Positions 31,600 to 41,939 are shown, numbered from the whole stretch's first letter. The stretch is DNA of 63,974 nt, filler included, from Methanobacteriota archaeon (GCA_024860865.1; 6 parts of 6 records of this genome joined end to end with filler, not necessarily neighbours in it), one strand, 5' to 3'. A program made the numbers and translations. Notes: generated by a model from the sequence alone, not told the origin.

Positions 31600-32451
31600 G
31601 TGTTAGTGGGTGAAAGATTAAAAGGTAAAACAGCTTTGGTTACAGGGGCTTCAAGAGGAATTGGAAAAGCGATTGCACTAGCTTTAGCAGAAGAGGGAGC
31701 TAGTGTGGCAATTAATTACCAACATAGAGAAGATGAAGCAAGAGAAGTTGCAAAATTAGCGGAGCAAATAGCAAAAACTGAGCAATTATACACTGCTGCT
31801 CTATTAATAGATCACCTAGAAACTAGAGAGCATGCACAGGAAGTAGCAAAAGTAGTGGAAGAACTAGGCGGGTCAGCAATGATTTGCCAAGCAAACGTCA
31901 GCAAGATTGAAGAAGTATATCGAATGAGAGATGAAGTGCTAAAAGAGTTTGGCAAAATAGATATTTTAGTCAATAATGCCGGAATTACTAGAGACAAAAC
32001 GCTAGTTAAAATGACGCCAGAAATGTGGAGAGAAGTCCTATCTGTAAACTTAGATGGAGTTTTTTATTGCACTAAAGCAGTTGTGGAAGGAATGATAGAA
32101 AGAAGATGGGGAAGAATAATCAATACATCATCGGTGGTAGGTGAAATGGGGAATATTGGGCAAACAAATTATGCCGCGTCTAAAGCAGGATTGATTGGCT
32201 TTACAAAGGCTTTGGCAAGAGAATTAGCCGGAAAAGGAATAACTGTAAATGCAATTGCTCCAGGTTTTACAGAAACAGAAATGGTAGCTTCGGTGCCAAA
32301 GAATGTACTGGAAAAAATTGTGGCTCAAATACCGCTAGGTAGGCTTGGAAGACCAAGAGAAATAGCAAGAGCTGTAATTTTTTTGGCTTCAGAAGATGGA
32401 GATTATATAACCGGCCAAGTTTTAGATGTAAATGGCGGACTATATATGTAA
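31600..32451 (+). CDS. phaB: Acetoacetyl-CoA reductase PhaB/FabG-type SDR with an internal insertion
   Basis: TGASRGIG, NNAGITRD, GNIGQTNYAASK; located in the PHA cluster. Confidence 0.85.
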   Translation: MLVGERLKGKTALVTGASRGIGKAIALALAEEGASVAINYQHREDEAREVAKLAEQIAKTEQLYTAALLIDHLETREHAQEVAKVVEELGGSAMICQANVSKIEEVYRMRDEVLKEFGKIDILVNNAGITRDKTLVKMTPEMWREVLSVNLDGVFYCTKAVVEGMIERRWGRIINTSSVVGEMGNIGQTNYAASKAGLIGFTKALARELAGKGITVNAIAPGFTETEMVASVPKNVLEKIVAQIPLGRLGRPREIARAVIFLASEDGDYITGQVLDVNGGLYM

Positions 32452-32653
32452 TGTACCGCTACACCATCCAACATTAAATATTTCAATCTTATTTTTCTAA
32501 ATTATTTTCTGCAATCTTTGCAAATTCCACAAAACTAAATTATTGGATATTTCAATGGACTATGTTTTGTGAGGGACAAGTAATCGATATTTTTTCGAGT
32601 TTAAATATCATTTAATAACTTATAACATTAGTTAATCTTACAAGAGTGCGTTT

Positions 32654-33832
32654 TCACCTTTCAACTATCGTGGCTATCCCTTGCCCACCTCCTATGCAAA
32701 GAGAAGCAAGACCGTATGTTCCTTCTCTTCTCTGCAACTCATATAATAGAGTAATTAGAATTCTCGCCCCACTAGCCCCTATAGGATGACCAAGAGCTAT
32801 AGCACCGCCGTTTACATTTACTTTTTCCATATCCCAACCCATCATCTTACTTACTGCAACGCTTTGAGCTGCGAAGGCTTCATTAACTTCTATTAAGTCT
32901 AAGTCTTCCAATTTTAATCCTGCCCTGTTCAAAGCTTTTTTACTAGCATTCAATGGACCTATTCCCATTATTTCAGGCGGGACTCCAGCAGATGCATAGC
33001 TCTTAATAACGGCCATCGGTTCAATCCCCTTTTCCTCCGCTTTTTTCTCTGACATCAAGACTACAACAGCTGCCCCATCATTTATTCCACAAGAATTCCC
33101 CGCCGTCACACTTCCATCTTTTTTAAAAGCTGGTTTTAACTTACAAAGAGCTTCGAGAGTAGTTCCAAAGCGCGGAAATTCATCAGTATCAAAAACAATA
33201 GGCTCTCCTTTTTGTTGTGGAACCGTTACTGGAACTATCTCTTCCTTAAACTTCCCTCCTTTTACTGCTGCCTCTGCCCTTTTTTGGCTTTTTAATGCAA
33301 ATTCATCTTGCTCTTCTCTAGTAATTTTAAACCTTTCAGCGATATTTTCAGCAGTAATCCCCATATGACAATTATTAAAAACATCCATAAGCCCATCGTG
33401 AACCATTAAATCTATGAGCTCATCGTTACCCATTTTAATTCCCCATCTAGCTCTTTTAATAGCATAAGGCGCGGTTGACATTGATTCGACTCCGCCTGCC
33501 AAAATTATATCTGCATCTTTAAGCATTATCGCTTGGGCACCTAAAATTATAGATTTTAATCCTGATCCGCAAACCTTATTAACGCAATAAGACGGGACTT
33601 CAACTGGAATTCCTGCTCTAATAGCTGCTTCTCTAGCAATGTTCTGGCCATTGCCTGCTGAAAGAACATTTCCTAAAATTACCTCATCAACTTCCTTTGG
33701 GTCAACATTTGCCCTTTTTAAAGCTTCTTTTAAAACTATCTCTCCAAGCTGAGGTGGAGTAAAATCTTTTAAACTTCCTCCAAATTTTCCTACTGGAGTT
33801 CGAACTCCTGTAACAATAACTGGCTTTTCCAT
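32654..33832 (-). CDS. phaA: Acetyl-CoA acetyltransferase (biosynthetic thiolase, bacterial PhaA/AtoB type)
   Basis: [30 protein letters not shown]. Confidence 0.93.
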   Translation of the reverse strand: MEKPVIVTGVRTPVGKFGGSLKDFTPPQLGEIVLKEALKRANVDPKEVDEVILGNVLSAGNGQNIAREAAIRAGIPVEVPSYCVNKVCGSGLKSIILGAQAIMLKDADIILAGGVESMSTAPYAIKRARWGIKMGNDELIDLMVHDGLMDVFNNCHMGITAENIAERFKITREEQDEFALKSQKRAEAAVKGGKFKEEIVPVTVPQQKGEPIVFDTDEFPRFGTTLEALCKLKPAFKKDGSVTAGNSCGINDGAAVVVLMSEKKAEEKGIEPMAVIKSYASAGVPPEIMGIGPLNASKKALNRAGLKLEDLDLIEVNEAFAAQSVAVSKMMGWDMEKVNVNGGAIALGHPIGASGARILITLLYELQRREGTYGLASLCIGGGQGIATIVER

Positions 33833-33897
33833 TCTAGATTACCAATAAATTATTAGATACTTCACAGACCCCAATATTGATGCTGTTCTCTTTCCCG

Positions 33898-34944
33898 TTA
33901 AGTTGGCTTGTAGCGATAAACAAAATCGACCCACATCTTTGAGAATCTTAAAGAAGTATCCATATAAACTTTTAGCATGCTTGTCATTGGAGCAAACATT
34001 TCTTTCATTGGCTTGAGCATTGGAATCTCAAGAATGTCAGTAACAGCTTTTTCGTACAACTTTACCCATAGGGTGAGAAATTCCTTTTGAACTTCTGGAG
34101 CCGTATCTACTTTGACCATATCACTCGCTTTCTCTGACATTTTTTCTAAAGCAGGCATCCAGGACTTAAAGAGCCTTAAATACACATTAAAGCTTTCTAA
34201 AAAGCTTTCGAGCATTAGCTTTGTTGGTAACTCTCTTTCTGCTCCAAAAATCTTACTGAAAGTCTCTTTATAAGTGTCCATCCATAAGTTGTAAAATTCT
34301 TCATATGCTGTTGGAGAAGCCTTGCCTTCAGCAATTTCTGCTGTTTTTTCAGCAATTTTTCCAGTTACATCTATCCATGGTTTAAAAAGTTTTTCAAAAG
34401 ATTCTTTCCAAACATTTGAAGCTTTTGCGAGAAAACCTATAAACATTTCCGGCACGCCAAAGTAATATCCAAAGGCCCCCTTCAACGGTTCGGATACCGG
34501 CGGCTTAAAGGAATAATCTAAAATTTTTTTATAATTTTCCAACCATAGAGCATAAAATTCTCTAAGCTTTTCAGGAGTTGTTGGCCCTGTCAATGCTTCA
34601 GAAGTTTTCTTTGAAATGTCCTCTAATGTTGAAATCCAAGATTTATAGGCTGCAATATTATCTTCACTAGTTTTTAAAAACTTTTCAAAAATTTCTTTAT
34701 CTAGTGAAGGCGTTACTAACTTGCTGAAGGTATCTTTATACGTGGTAATCCACAACTCATAAAACTCTTTGTAGGCCTCTGGGCTTGCAGCCCCTCTTGT
34801 AATTTCTGTTGCTTTATCTGACATATTTTGCATTGCATCGCTCCATTGTTTAAAAAGCGCCCCATAAGATTCTTCCCAATTTTTTAAAAAGTCATCATAA
34901 AAATTTATCCATTTCTCAGTGCTGGTTTTCTTTTCTTCTTCCAT
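33898..34944 (-). CDS. PhaE-like repeat protein (likely start MEEEKK)
   Basis: Four degenerate PEAYKEFYELW-type modules; GAGGGTG SD before the ATG at 34944. Confidence 0.75.
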   Translation of the reverse strand: MEEEKKTSTEKWINFYDDFLKNWEESYGALFKQWSDAMQNMSDKATEITRGAASPEAYKEFYELWITTYKDTFSKLVTPSLDKEIFEKFLKTSEDNIAAYKSWISTLEDISKKTSEALTGPTTPEKLREFYALWLENYKKILDYSFKPPVSEPLKGAFGYYFGVPEMFIGFLAKASNVWKESFEKLFKPWIDVTGKIAEKTAEIAEGKASPTAYEEFYNLWMDTYKETFSKIFGAERELPTKLMLESFLESFNVYLRLFKSWMPALEKMSEKASDMVKVDTAPEVQKEFLTLWVKLYEKAVTDILEIPMLKPMKEMFAPMTSMLKVYMDTSLRFSKMWVDFVYRYKPT

Positions 34945-35139
34945 AGTTTCACCCTCTTTGTGTTTTATTGAAAAACTTTCGTTTCTTGAATGTTGCCGGT
35001 AACAATACAAAAACAAAAAACCTAAGCTAAGTTTTTGCTCTAGCTGAGAAAGCTAGAGAGGTTTTATTTTCATTTGATTTCAAATAAATGGCCTTTTATG
35101 TTGGTTGGATTTTAATATATAAACCTTATTAATATGAAG

Positions 35140-35340
35140 GCTTTGGGACATAATTAGGCATTCATCCTCGATAGCGGATATCCCATCTATATGTTTCAAA
35201 TAGCAAAGCCGCTTAAGATTATAATCGCACGCCCTCGTAAATGCCTCCTGCTTTCTTCGCAAATTAATTCTCTTTCGCAGCGGAATAGAAAAATTCCTTT
35301 TGTAATATCAAAGTGCTATGATAGGAAAACTTCTAACGAA
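35140..35340 (-). pseudogene. Transposase C-terminal remnant
   Basis: Broken frames ending RRKQEAFTRACDYNLKRLCYL, resembling the end of a DDE transposase. Confidence 0.4.
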
Positions 35341-35763
35341 GCAATCGATTTTTAGAGGAAGTTAGAAAAGAGACAAAAGAAAAGATCTATTTAATTCTGA
35401 TAACTGGTCTGTTCATAGATCAAAAGCTTTTAAAGAATTTGTTGAAAAGGATGGGAAAATCGAGCTTGTTTATCTTTCAACAAATACTTGGTCGAATAGA
35501 ATTGAGTAATTTTTTCTCGACACTTAAAGGAGATGTAATTAACAATTAACAACAACAGCAACAAAGCAAAGAAGAGCTTAAAAAAAGCAATAGTTAGATA
35601 TGTCGAGTGTTCTATCAAAAAAATAATTTTAAATTTATAAAACTCGACTTTTTTATATTTAGATTATCTAACTATTTTTGTCAAAATAATTAAATTCTAT
35701 AATTTTTGGTATACAACAGTAAACATTATTAATTAATTATAGTTATTAAAGAAATAGAAAAAC

Positions 35764-35994
35764 ATGACTGACAAACAAACTCCTAAACAACTACCGGATA
35801 ACTTCTATGCTTATATGATTTACTTCCCAACAATGCAACTTTTCTACTGGAATTTGCTTCAGTACTTTTTGTTCGTTACTACGCTGACACATATGGCAAA
35901 TAAGCTCCTATTGCCCTATAGACAACCCACCACTGACAAGATTACTAACAAAACCTCCAAAGTAGACCTTAGACCAGATCCAAGTTTTGCGTAA
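35764..35994 (+). CDS. Small aromatic-rich protein similar to the N-terminal extension of the second PhaB
   Basis: MTDKQ...YFPTMQLFYW versus MSEKQ...YFPSMYLFYL at 37994. Confidence 0.55.
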   Translation: MTDKQTPKQLPDNFYAYMIYFPTMQLFYWNLLQYFLFVTTLTHMANKLLLPYRQPTTDKITNKTSKVDLRPDPSFA

Positions 35995-36018
35995 GAAACT
36001 AAAAACAGGAATTTATAG

Positions 36019-36795
36019 CTAAGCGGATAATGGCGCTTTAGTATAACAATATATTCCGTATCCTATTTCATTTGAGTTAATAAATAGCCTTGATATTTCC
36101 TTTAACTTTAACCTTTGAGAAGGATCAATCTTTAGATATCTTAGAAGAATATTAAACGATTCGAAGCCTTCTGTGATAAATATATCAAAAGAATGATCAC
36201 TTTCCTCAATGAAAATTCCTGCACTTAGTTCTTTAAACCCAAAATTTTCGAAAAGGCTTCTCCATTCATTGAAAGTGAATGTTTCAAATTTTATTCCAGT
36301 TAATCTAGAAATCTTATTTGCCAGCTTTTCTGATGGTTTTTCAAGCCACGTATATTCTATCACACCGAGACGACCGCGATATTTTAAAATGCGCTTGATT
36401 TCAGATAGAGCTCTCTTTAAATCCAGATATATAAGAACAGATTGGGCTATAATAACATCAAAACACTCATTTTTTAAGGGAAGGTCATTCGAATCACAGC
36501 GGATGAAATCACAGATTTTCGCTCTATCCTTAAGTTTTTCCTTTGATCTAGCTATCATTAATGGATTTATATCTGCTCCAATTGCTCTACATCCATACTC
36601 TTCAGCAATATTAAGTACAGTTCTTCCGATGCCTGCACCTATCTCTAGCACACTACTATCGCTAGAAATTCCGCAATTTTTAACGAGTTTCTTTGTAGCC
36701 CAATATCCACCTGGATGAAGCCAAGGTAAACCTATGTACGCAAGAAGCTCAAAATAAGATAATTTTGTTAATTCTTCAGGCTTAAAAAGCTTCAT
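36019..36795 (-). CDS. Class I SAM-dependent methyltransferase
   Basis: LHPGG, VLEIGAGIG, FDVIIAQSVL. Confidence 0.88.
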   Translation of the reverse strand: MKLFKPEELTKLSYFELLAYIGLPWLHPGGYWATKKLVKNCGISSDSSVLEIGAGIGRTVLNIAEEYGCRAIGADINPLMIARSKEKLKDRAKICDFIRCDSNDLPLKNECFDVIIAQSVLIYLDLKRALSEIKRILKYRGRLGVIEYTWLEKPSEKLANKISRLTGIKFETFTFNEWRSLFENFGFKELSAGIFIEESDHSFDIFITEGFESFNILLRYLKIDPSQRLKLKEISRLFINSNEIGYGIYCYTKAPLSA

Positions 36796-36865
36796 ATTTT
36801 AACAAATATGCTAATAATTTCATAAAAATTTAATAAAAAGATTTTGTTATTCTTTTGGTCAGTTT

Positions 36866-37273
36866 TTACTTTTTGAAGAAGGTATCAAAAGTGTTTGACC
36901 AAAGAGAGACCCAGTTTTTATACATGTCAGTGGGTGCCTTGTGCCATTCACCTGTGAACACATTTGCCAGTTTAAAAGCCTCTTTTGTTGCGTCTATCCC
37001 GGAAACCGAGAGCCTAAGACATGTATCGAGACTTTGGATTGATAACTTTGTCATATCTGCAAAGGGAGCGAAAAAAACTCGCGATGGTCCTGTGACTAAA
37101 GCTTCGAACATTGATTTTTGTAGTGATATGTTATAATCAACCAAACGTTTTAAATTCTCTACATACTCTTTTTGTACAGCTATGGTTACTTCGAACAGCT
37201 TGGCAGAACTTTCTCTTAAAGCATCAAAGATATCCTTTCCTGCCCTTTCAGGTTTTTCTTCCATAAATTTCAC
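36866..37273 (-). CDS. Putative phasin (PHA granule protein)
   Basis: Small amphipathic helical protein within the PHA cluster; function inferred from context. Confidence 0.5.
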   Translation of the reverse strand: MKFMEEKPERAGKDIFDALRESSAKLFEVTIAVQKEYVENLKRLVDYNISLQKSMFEALVTGPSRVFFAPFADMTKLSIQSLDTCLRLSVSGIDATKEAFKLANVFTGEWHKAPTDMYKNWVSLWSNTFDTFFKK

Positions 37274-37993
37274 CTTCTTTTAATCTTTAGCTATTTAAAT
37301 ATAAAACCTTCGAATTCTTTCTCTTAAAATATCATGCTTCTATTGTTGCTAACGTCAGATAGCGGATAGATACAGAATTCTTCAAAATTAACATATAATT
37401 ATATATTTCTAAAATATAAAAATTCTGTAAATTTTGTTTGCTAATATTCTTTTAAAATTGAAACAACATTTTGAATAAAACAGAGTGCTTTTAAACTACT
37501 AGCTCCAAAACCTAAAGAAGTCTACCTGAAAAACTGTTATCAAAATTTTTTGGAGCATTCCTGAGCTTGCTTTGCATTCTTTTCACTTTGAATTTTTTCT
37601 TCGCTCGAATTGCAGTATGGTTCTCTGTTTACTGGCAAATAGATTATTTTAAAAGTTCTTGCAATAGCTAGATCGCAACATTGTGGTTTTTCTATTTTTT
37701 AATTTTAAAGTAATTACTGGAGCTTTACTTAAGAGCATTGAACTAGGTTCTAGCTACTTGTGACTTGCTGCAAGCGAACTATTTCTCAAAGATTTCACTT
37801 AAGATTTTGTCATTGCAGAATAATAGTAATTTTTGGAATTGTTATTTACCAGCAAAGTTCTTATTGACAAGAAGGATGCTTATAGTCTGACGAAAGGAGA
37901 GAAATTTCTAGAACAAAATTCCAATTACTGATAAAGTCGTCGGACGTTAGTCTTAACCAAGTTTAAGTATTTTATTTTAATAAGTATACCTAC

Positions 37994-38917
37994 ATGTCTG
38001 AAAAACAAATGCTAAGCTTCACGCACTATTTTCCCAGCATGTATCTTTTTTACTTGTACTCATTCTACTATTATCAGTTTATCAACATTCTAAAACTTAC
38101 CACTCAAGCACTTATAAAGCAGCATACGCAACGTGCAAGCCCGGAAGTAAAAAAATTAAGGATACTGGAAGTAAAAAAATTAAGGCTAGAAAACAAGGTT
38201 GCAATTATTACAGGTTCAGCAAAAGGAATTGGAAGAGAGGCTGCACTGTTATTTGCTGAAGAAGGAGCTAAAGTTGTTGTAATCGACGTTGACGAGGGTG
38301 GTAGTGAAACAGCTGAAGAGATCAAAAATATGGGCCATGAATCTCTTTTTGTAAAAACAGATGTATGTAACAAAGAACAGGTACAAGATATGGTAAAAAA
38401 GGTAGTGGAAAGATTCGGCAAAATAGATGTACTGATTAATAATGCTGGGATTATCCGAGATTCTACTCTATTGAAAATGACTGAAGAGCAATGGGATAAA
38501 GTTATTGATACAAACCTTAAAGGAGTTTTTAATTGCACTCAAGCTGTAGCTGAAGTTATGGTTAAACAAGGTTATGGAAAGATAATAAACACTTCTTCTA
38601 TAGTAGCCCTTTACGGTAATTTTGGGCAAGCAAATTATGCAGCTTCAAAAGCAGGATTAATTGGATTTACGAAGACGCTAGCAAAAGAACTCGGGAGAAA
38701 AGGGATTCGGGTTAATGCAGTTGCACCTGGATTTGTTCTTACCGATATGGTTCGCAGTGTTCCGGAGAAAGTTCTTGAAATGGTCAAAGAAAAAACACCA
38801 ATAGGTAGATTGGGTCAACCAAAAGATATTGCCAATGTATATCTATTTTTAGCTTCAGATGAATCAGATTATATTAATGGGGCTGTACTTTCTGTTGATG
38901 GTGGATTAACCCTGTAA
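37994..38917 (+). CDS. phaB: Second PhaB/FabG-type SDR with a ~60-aa N-terminal extension
   Basis: TGSAKGIG, NNAGIIRD, GNFGQANYAASK. Confidence 0.85.
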   Translation: MSEKQMLSFTHYFPSMYLFYLYSFYYYQFINILKLTTQALIKQHTQRASPEVKKLRILEVKKLRLENKVAIITGSAKGIGREAALLFAEEGAKVVVIDVDEGGSETAEEIKNMGHESLFVKTDVCNKEQVQDMVKKVVERFGKIDVLINNAGIIRDSTLLKMTEEQWDKVIDTNLKGVFNCTQAVAEVMVKQGYGKIINTSSIVALYGNFGQANYAASKAGLIGFTKTLAKELGRKGIRVNAVAPGFVLTDMVRSVPEKVLEMVKEKTPIGRLGQPKDIANVYLFLASDESDYINGAVLSVDGGLTL

Positions 38918-39354
38918 ATGATTTTTAAATTTTTTAATTAATTACTACTTCTCATTTGTTTTTATTTTTTTAAAAAGACAAATTAAGTTTTTTTAGAAAT
39001 AGTTTATGAATTGCTTATCAAAAATTATTTTTTCATATGATTTATTGGATTAACTTTTAATTCAAGATTATGTTAGCTCAATTTATGAAAAAAATAAAAG
39101 CCAGAAAAAGAAAACGCTGCTGCAGTCAGAAAAAGCAATTTGAAGAAAGCATAGCTCTTAAAGACGAATACGATCAAATTTTGCCTATATAACTACATTC
39201 ATACGTTGTTAAAATCTCTGAGAGAAACAATACGCGTAGTTTAAATTTTATGCATTCAATTTTTTAGAGTTATATATGTTCGTGAGAGGCAAAATTTTGT
39301 TGATTTTCGAAGGGCGTTCAATTTTTAAAAGATGTGTATATCCCTTAAGGATAG

Positions 39355-39395
39355 CGGGCTCGCTGGGATTTGAACCCGGACTATACCACGGACCC
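39355..39395 (-). pseudogene. Internally deleted, degenerate copy of tRNA-Arg(TCG)
   Basis: GGGTCCGTGGTATAGT-CCGG-GTTCAAATCCCAGCGAGCCCG equals the 5' and 3' ends of the tRNA at 40365-40480 fused at CCGG. Confidence 0.8.
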
Positions 39396-39517
39396 ACATT
39401 ATGAGCTTATACAGCTTCTGTTTAAAGAGCATCAAAAGAGTCCATACAAAATTTCATGTTTTTTACAATTGTAGCTTAGATAATAGCTCAAACAATATCT
39501 GGGTAACCAGAAAAGTG

Positions 39518-39928
39518 TCAATACCGTTGAATATCTATTTTTATGACTTCTTTTATTAGCTCGAAGTGTTTTATATTTCTTGTAACAACAGTGCTGTAGC
39601 CGTTGTTTAAAGCTACTGCAGCTGTTATCGCGTCTGCGCCGACTTCCCTTCCACTTCTCAACAGAGTGCCGCCTATTTCTGAAGCCTTTAGAGCATCTCT
39701 ATATTTAAAATCTAAAATTTCCACCCTGTTGAAAGCTTTATCTAATTTTTCTTTAATCTTCTTGCGAGTTTTATCATCCTTAACGGCAAATGCCCCGATA
39801 TAAGCTTCAAAAACATTGAGCACGGTTGTAGCTGCACCCCCCTCCTCATCTATTTTTTGAGTTATATCGCGAATTGCATCTGGATTTTTAATCAAGTCCA
39901 CAAAATAAGTTGTGTCAAGGCAAATCAT
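39518..39928 (-). CDS. vapC: VapC PIN-domain toxin
   Basis: CLDTTYFVD, ADAITAA, VTRNIKHF. Confidence 0.9.
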   Translation of the reverse strand: MICLDTTYFVDLIKNPDAIRDITQKIDEEGGAATTVLNVFEAYIGAFAVKDDKTRKKIKEKLDKAFNRVEILDFKYRDALKASEIGGTLLRSGREVGADAITAAVALNNGYSTVVTRNIKHFELIKEVIKIDIQRY

Positions 39929-40155
39929 AGTGCAAAGCCTTGTTTAAATTCTTCATCTAGCTTAGCTCTTATCTTCTTCACTGAGTTTTCATATTCAGAT
40001 ACTTCTCTAAGCTCAGAATGCAAATCCAGAATCTCGCTAAGCGTGGCTTTTTTCTTGGTTAACCTTTTTATCACGTCAGAGAAACTCTCGTCCTTAAGCT
40101 TCATGTTGCGTAAAAGCTTATAGGCATCATCAGAAAGCGAAATAGTTTTTGTCAT
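39925..40155 (-). CDS. vapB: VapB (DUF217) antitoxin
   Basis: MTKTISLSDDAYKLL..K...ESFSDVIKRL. Confidence 0.9.
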   Translation of the reverse strand: MTKTISLSDDAYKLLRNMKLKDESFSDVIKRLTKKKATLSEILDLHSELREVSEYENSVKKIRAKLDEEFKQGFAL

Positions 40156-40364
40156 GTATGTGTATGTGCGCACATATATATTTAAAAGTTTTGAGTTTGC
40201 CTAAATGGCGCTTTTTAAGTTTGCTATCCGCGTTGTTGTCCACGACCTACTCAGACGACCCGTTAGTCATCTCTCTTGATGTCTAATACCTGATCACCTA
40301 AGAGTGCTGCACTTCTTTATGAAAAATATGCTCTATAACTGCTCAATTCATAGATTTAGTATAG

Positions 40365-40480
40365 CGGGCCCGCCGGGATTTGAACCCGGGTCACGGGGTA
40401 TCTCCCGAAGACCGAATTCAGGCAGTAGAAATTTTTTCTAACTGTGCCCCGTATGCTAGTCCGGACTATACCACGGGCCC
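40365..40480 (-). tRNA. tRNA-Arg(TCG) with two introns: 32/33 (40417-40445) and 37/38 (40400-40411)
   Basis: GGGCCCG acceptor, G73, D-loop GGA. BHB1: helix CGGG/CCTG, bulges GC^A and AA^T. BHB2: helix CTTC/GGAG. Mature anticodon loop CT-TCG-GA. Confidence 0.85.
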
Positions 40481-40724
40481 AGCAAGATTTTTCCTAACTT
40501 AACTTATGTTAGCCTTCCTAAAAATCCTATGCCTAGCCAAGGGATGAATTTTGGAGCTCTTAAATATTTTCAATGTTGATTGCTGGGCTTAGTTCCATTC
40601 TCAATCTGGCCTAATTTAACTTAAATTAAGCAATCTTTACCTCTTTTGTTTTTTCATTTACAGTTACTAGATTTCTTTGTCCTTATGCCACATTTGCCAA
40701 TTTTGGTTTTTAACTTCATTTTCT

Positions 40725-41045
40725 CTATTTATAAATTTTCGAATCATAATTATTATAATCTGGATTCGAATAATTCAATTTCATAAGCTCTTTATTTCGG
40801 TAAAAGGGAATGGAGGGAATGGAAGAAGCTTTATCTACTAAGTTAGATGCAAGCTCGAAAGTTAAAGGATTGCTCAGAATTTCATTTGTAGATATAATTT
40901 TTTTATCCAAGGCTAATGTAGCAGCAGCATAGTGAGAATCAAAAAAAGAAAGACCATAATGTTGGCGCAAATAAACGCTGCTAATAACGATATTCGGAGT
41001 CAATGGAAGAAATTCGATATTAGGAATTGCAGCTAAACTTATCAA
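40725..41045 (-). pseudogene. PIN-domain (VapC) C-terminal fragment
   Basis: YGLSFFDSHYAA..L..DKKIIST; no N-terminal D motif. Confidence 0.6.
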
Positions 41046-41449
41046 ATCCTTTGGAAGATTTTTTTCAAATCCTTCACTTTTATATATTATTTAAATTTAA
41101 AATTCAAATGAAATACTAATTTTGGTTTCATCACATTATGTCATAGACCATAGTTTAATAACTAGAGAAGTTGAAGGTGTATCTCCTGATGAGAAAGAAT
41201 CTGAAGACTGAAAACAGTAGCAAAATCTTTTTCATTCTTCTTCTAACCTTACAAGCAGCTCATTAAAAAAATGAAAAATATTTTTCAAAGTAACGCCTAT
41301 CCGATATATGATTTCTTGTTCTTCAAAGAAAGTAGCAAAGAAAAAGTGCCTCTTCATTTTCAATATGAAGTTATAAAAAAAGGAAAGAGCGTTTTTTCAA
41401 AGGAAGTCAAAGATAAGGTTATATAGTATTTTAGTAACAAATCCCTTTA

Positions 41450-41719
41450 GTGATAAAATTGGCTCAAATAAAAATAGTCGCTCCAGAACATTTGGTCAAT
41501 AAATTTAAGCAAATCGTTGTCATAAAACACGGAAAATTGGAACTCGGTGCAGAGGGTGAAGAAGCCATTAGGCTTTACGTTCAAAAACACGAACAACTGC
41601 TCAAGGGGCCCTGCCCTCCAGAAGCTGATCCTCTAAATAAGATAATTGGAATCGCCAAGTCTAAATTAAAAACAAATGTACTCAAGGATTTAAAAAAGTT
41701 AGATAGTGGCGAACTTTGA
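41450..41719 (+). CDS. Putative antitoxin
   Basis: Small ORF with DPLNKIIGIA, overlapping a downstream PIN gene start. Confidence 0.6.
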   Translation: MIKLAQIKIVAPEHLVNKFKQIVVIKHGKLELGAEGEEAIRLYVQKHEQLLKGPCPPEADPLNKIIGIAKSKLKTNVLKDLKKLDSGEL

Positions 41720-41839
41720 TATTCATTGACACAACTGTTTGGGCAAGCGATAAACAGAAATGATGAACTTTATTCATCTAGTAAAGCAATTATAGAATCA
41801 ATTTTAAAGGGAAAGCTTCCTCTGGCTTTGACCACAGAC
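41716..41839 (+). pseudogene. VapC N-terminus, frameshifted, at contig end
   Basis: LIFIDTTVWA, then a shifted frame INRNDELY...LALTTD. Confidence 0.6.
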
Positions 41840-41939
41840 NNNNNNNNNNNNNNNNNNNNNNNNNNNNNNNNNNNNNNNNNNNNTTAATTAATTAANNNNN
41901 NNNNNNNNNNNNNNNNNNNNNNNNNNNNNNNNNNNNNNN

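Larger units (their letters stand above)
30473..34840. repeat. Near-identical DNA repeat module in the PhaE-like genes (~30473-30569, ~30743-30907, ~31221-31383, ~34762-34840)
   Basis: Core aactctttgtaggcctc[a/t]gggcttgcag[t/c]ccctcttgtaatttctg occurs four times. Confidence 0.9.
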
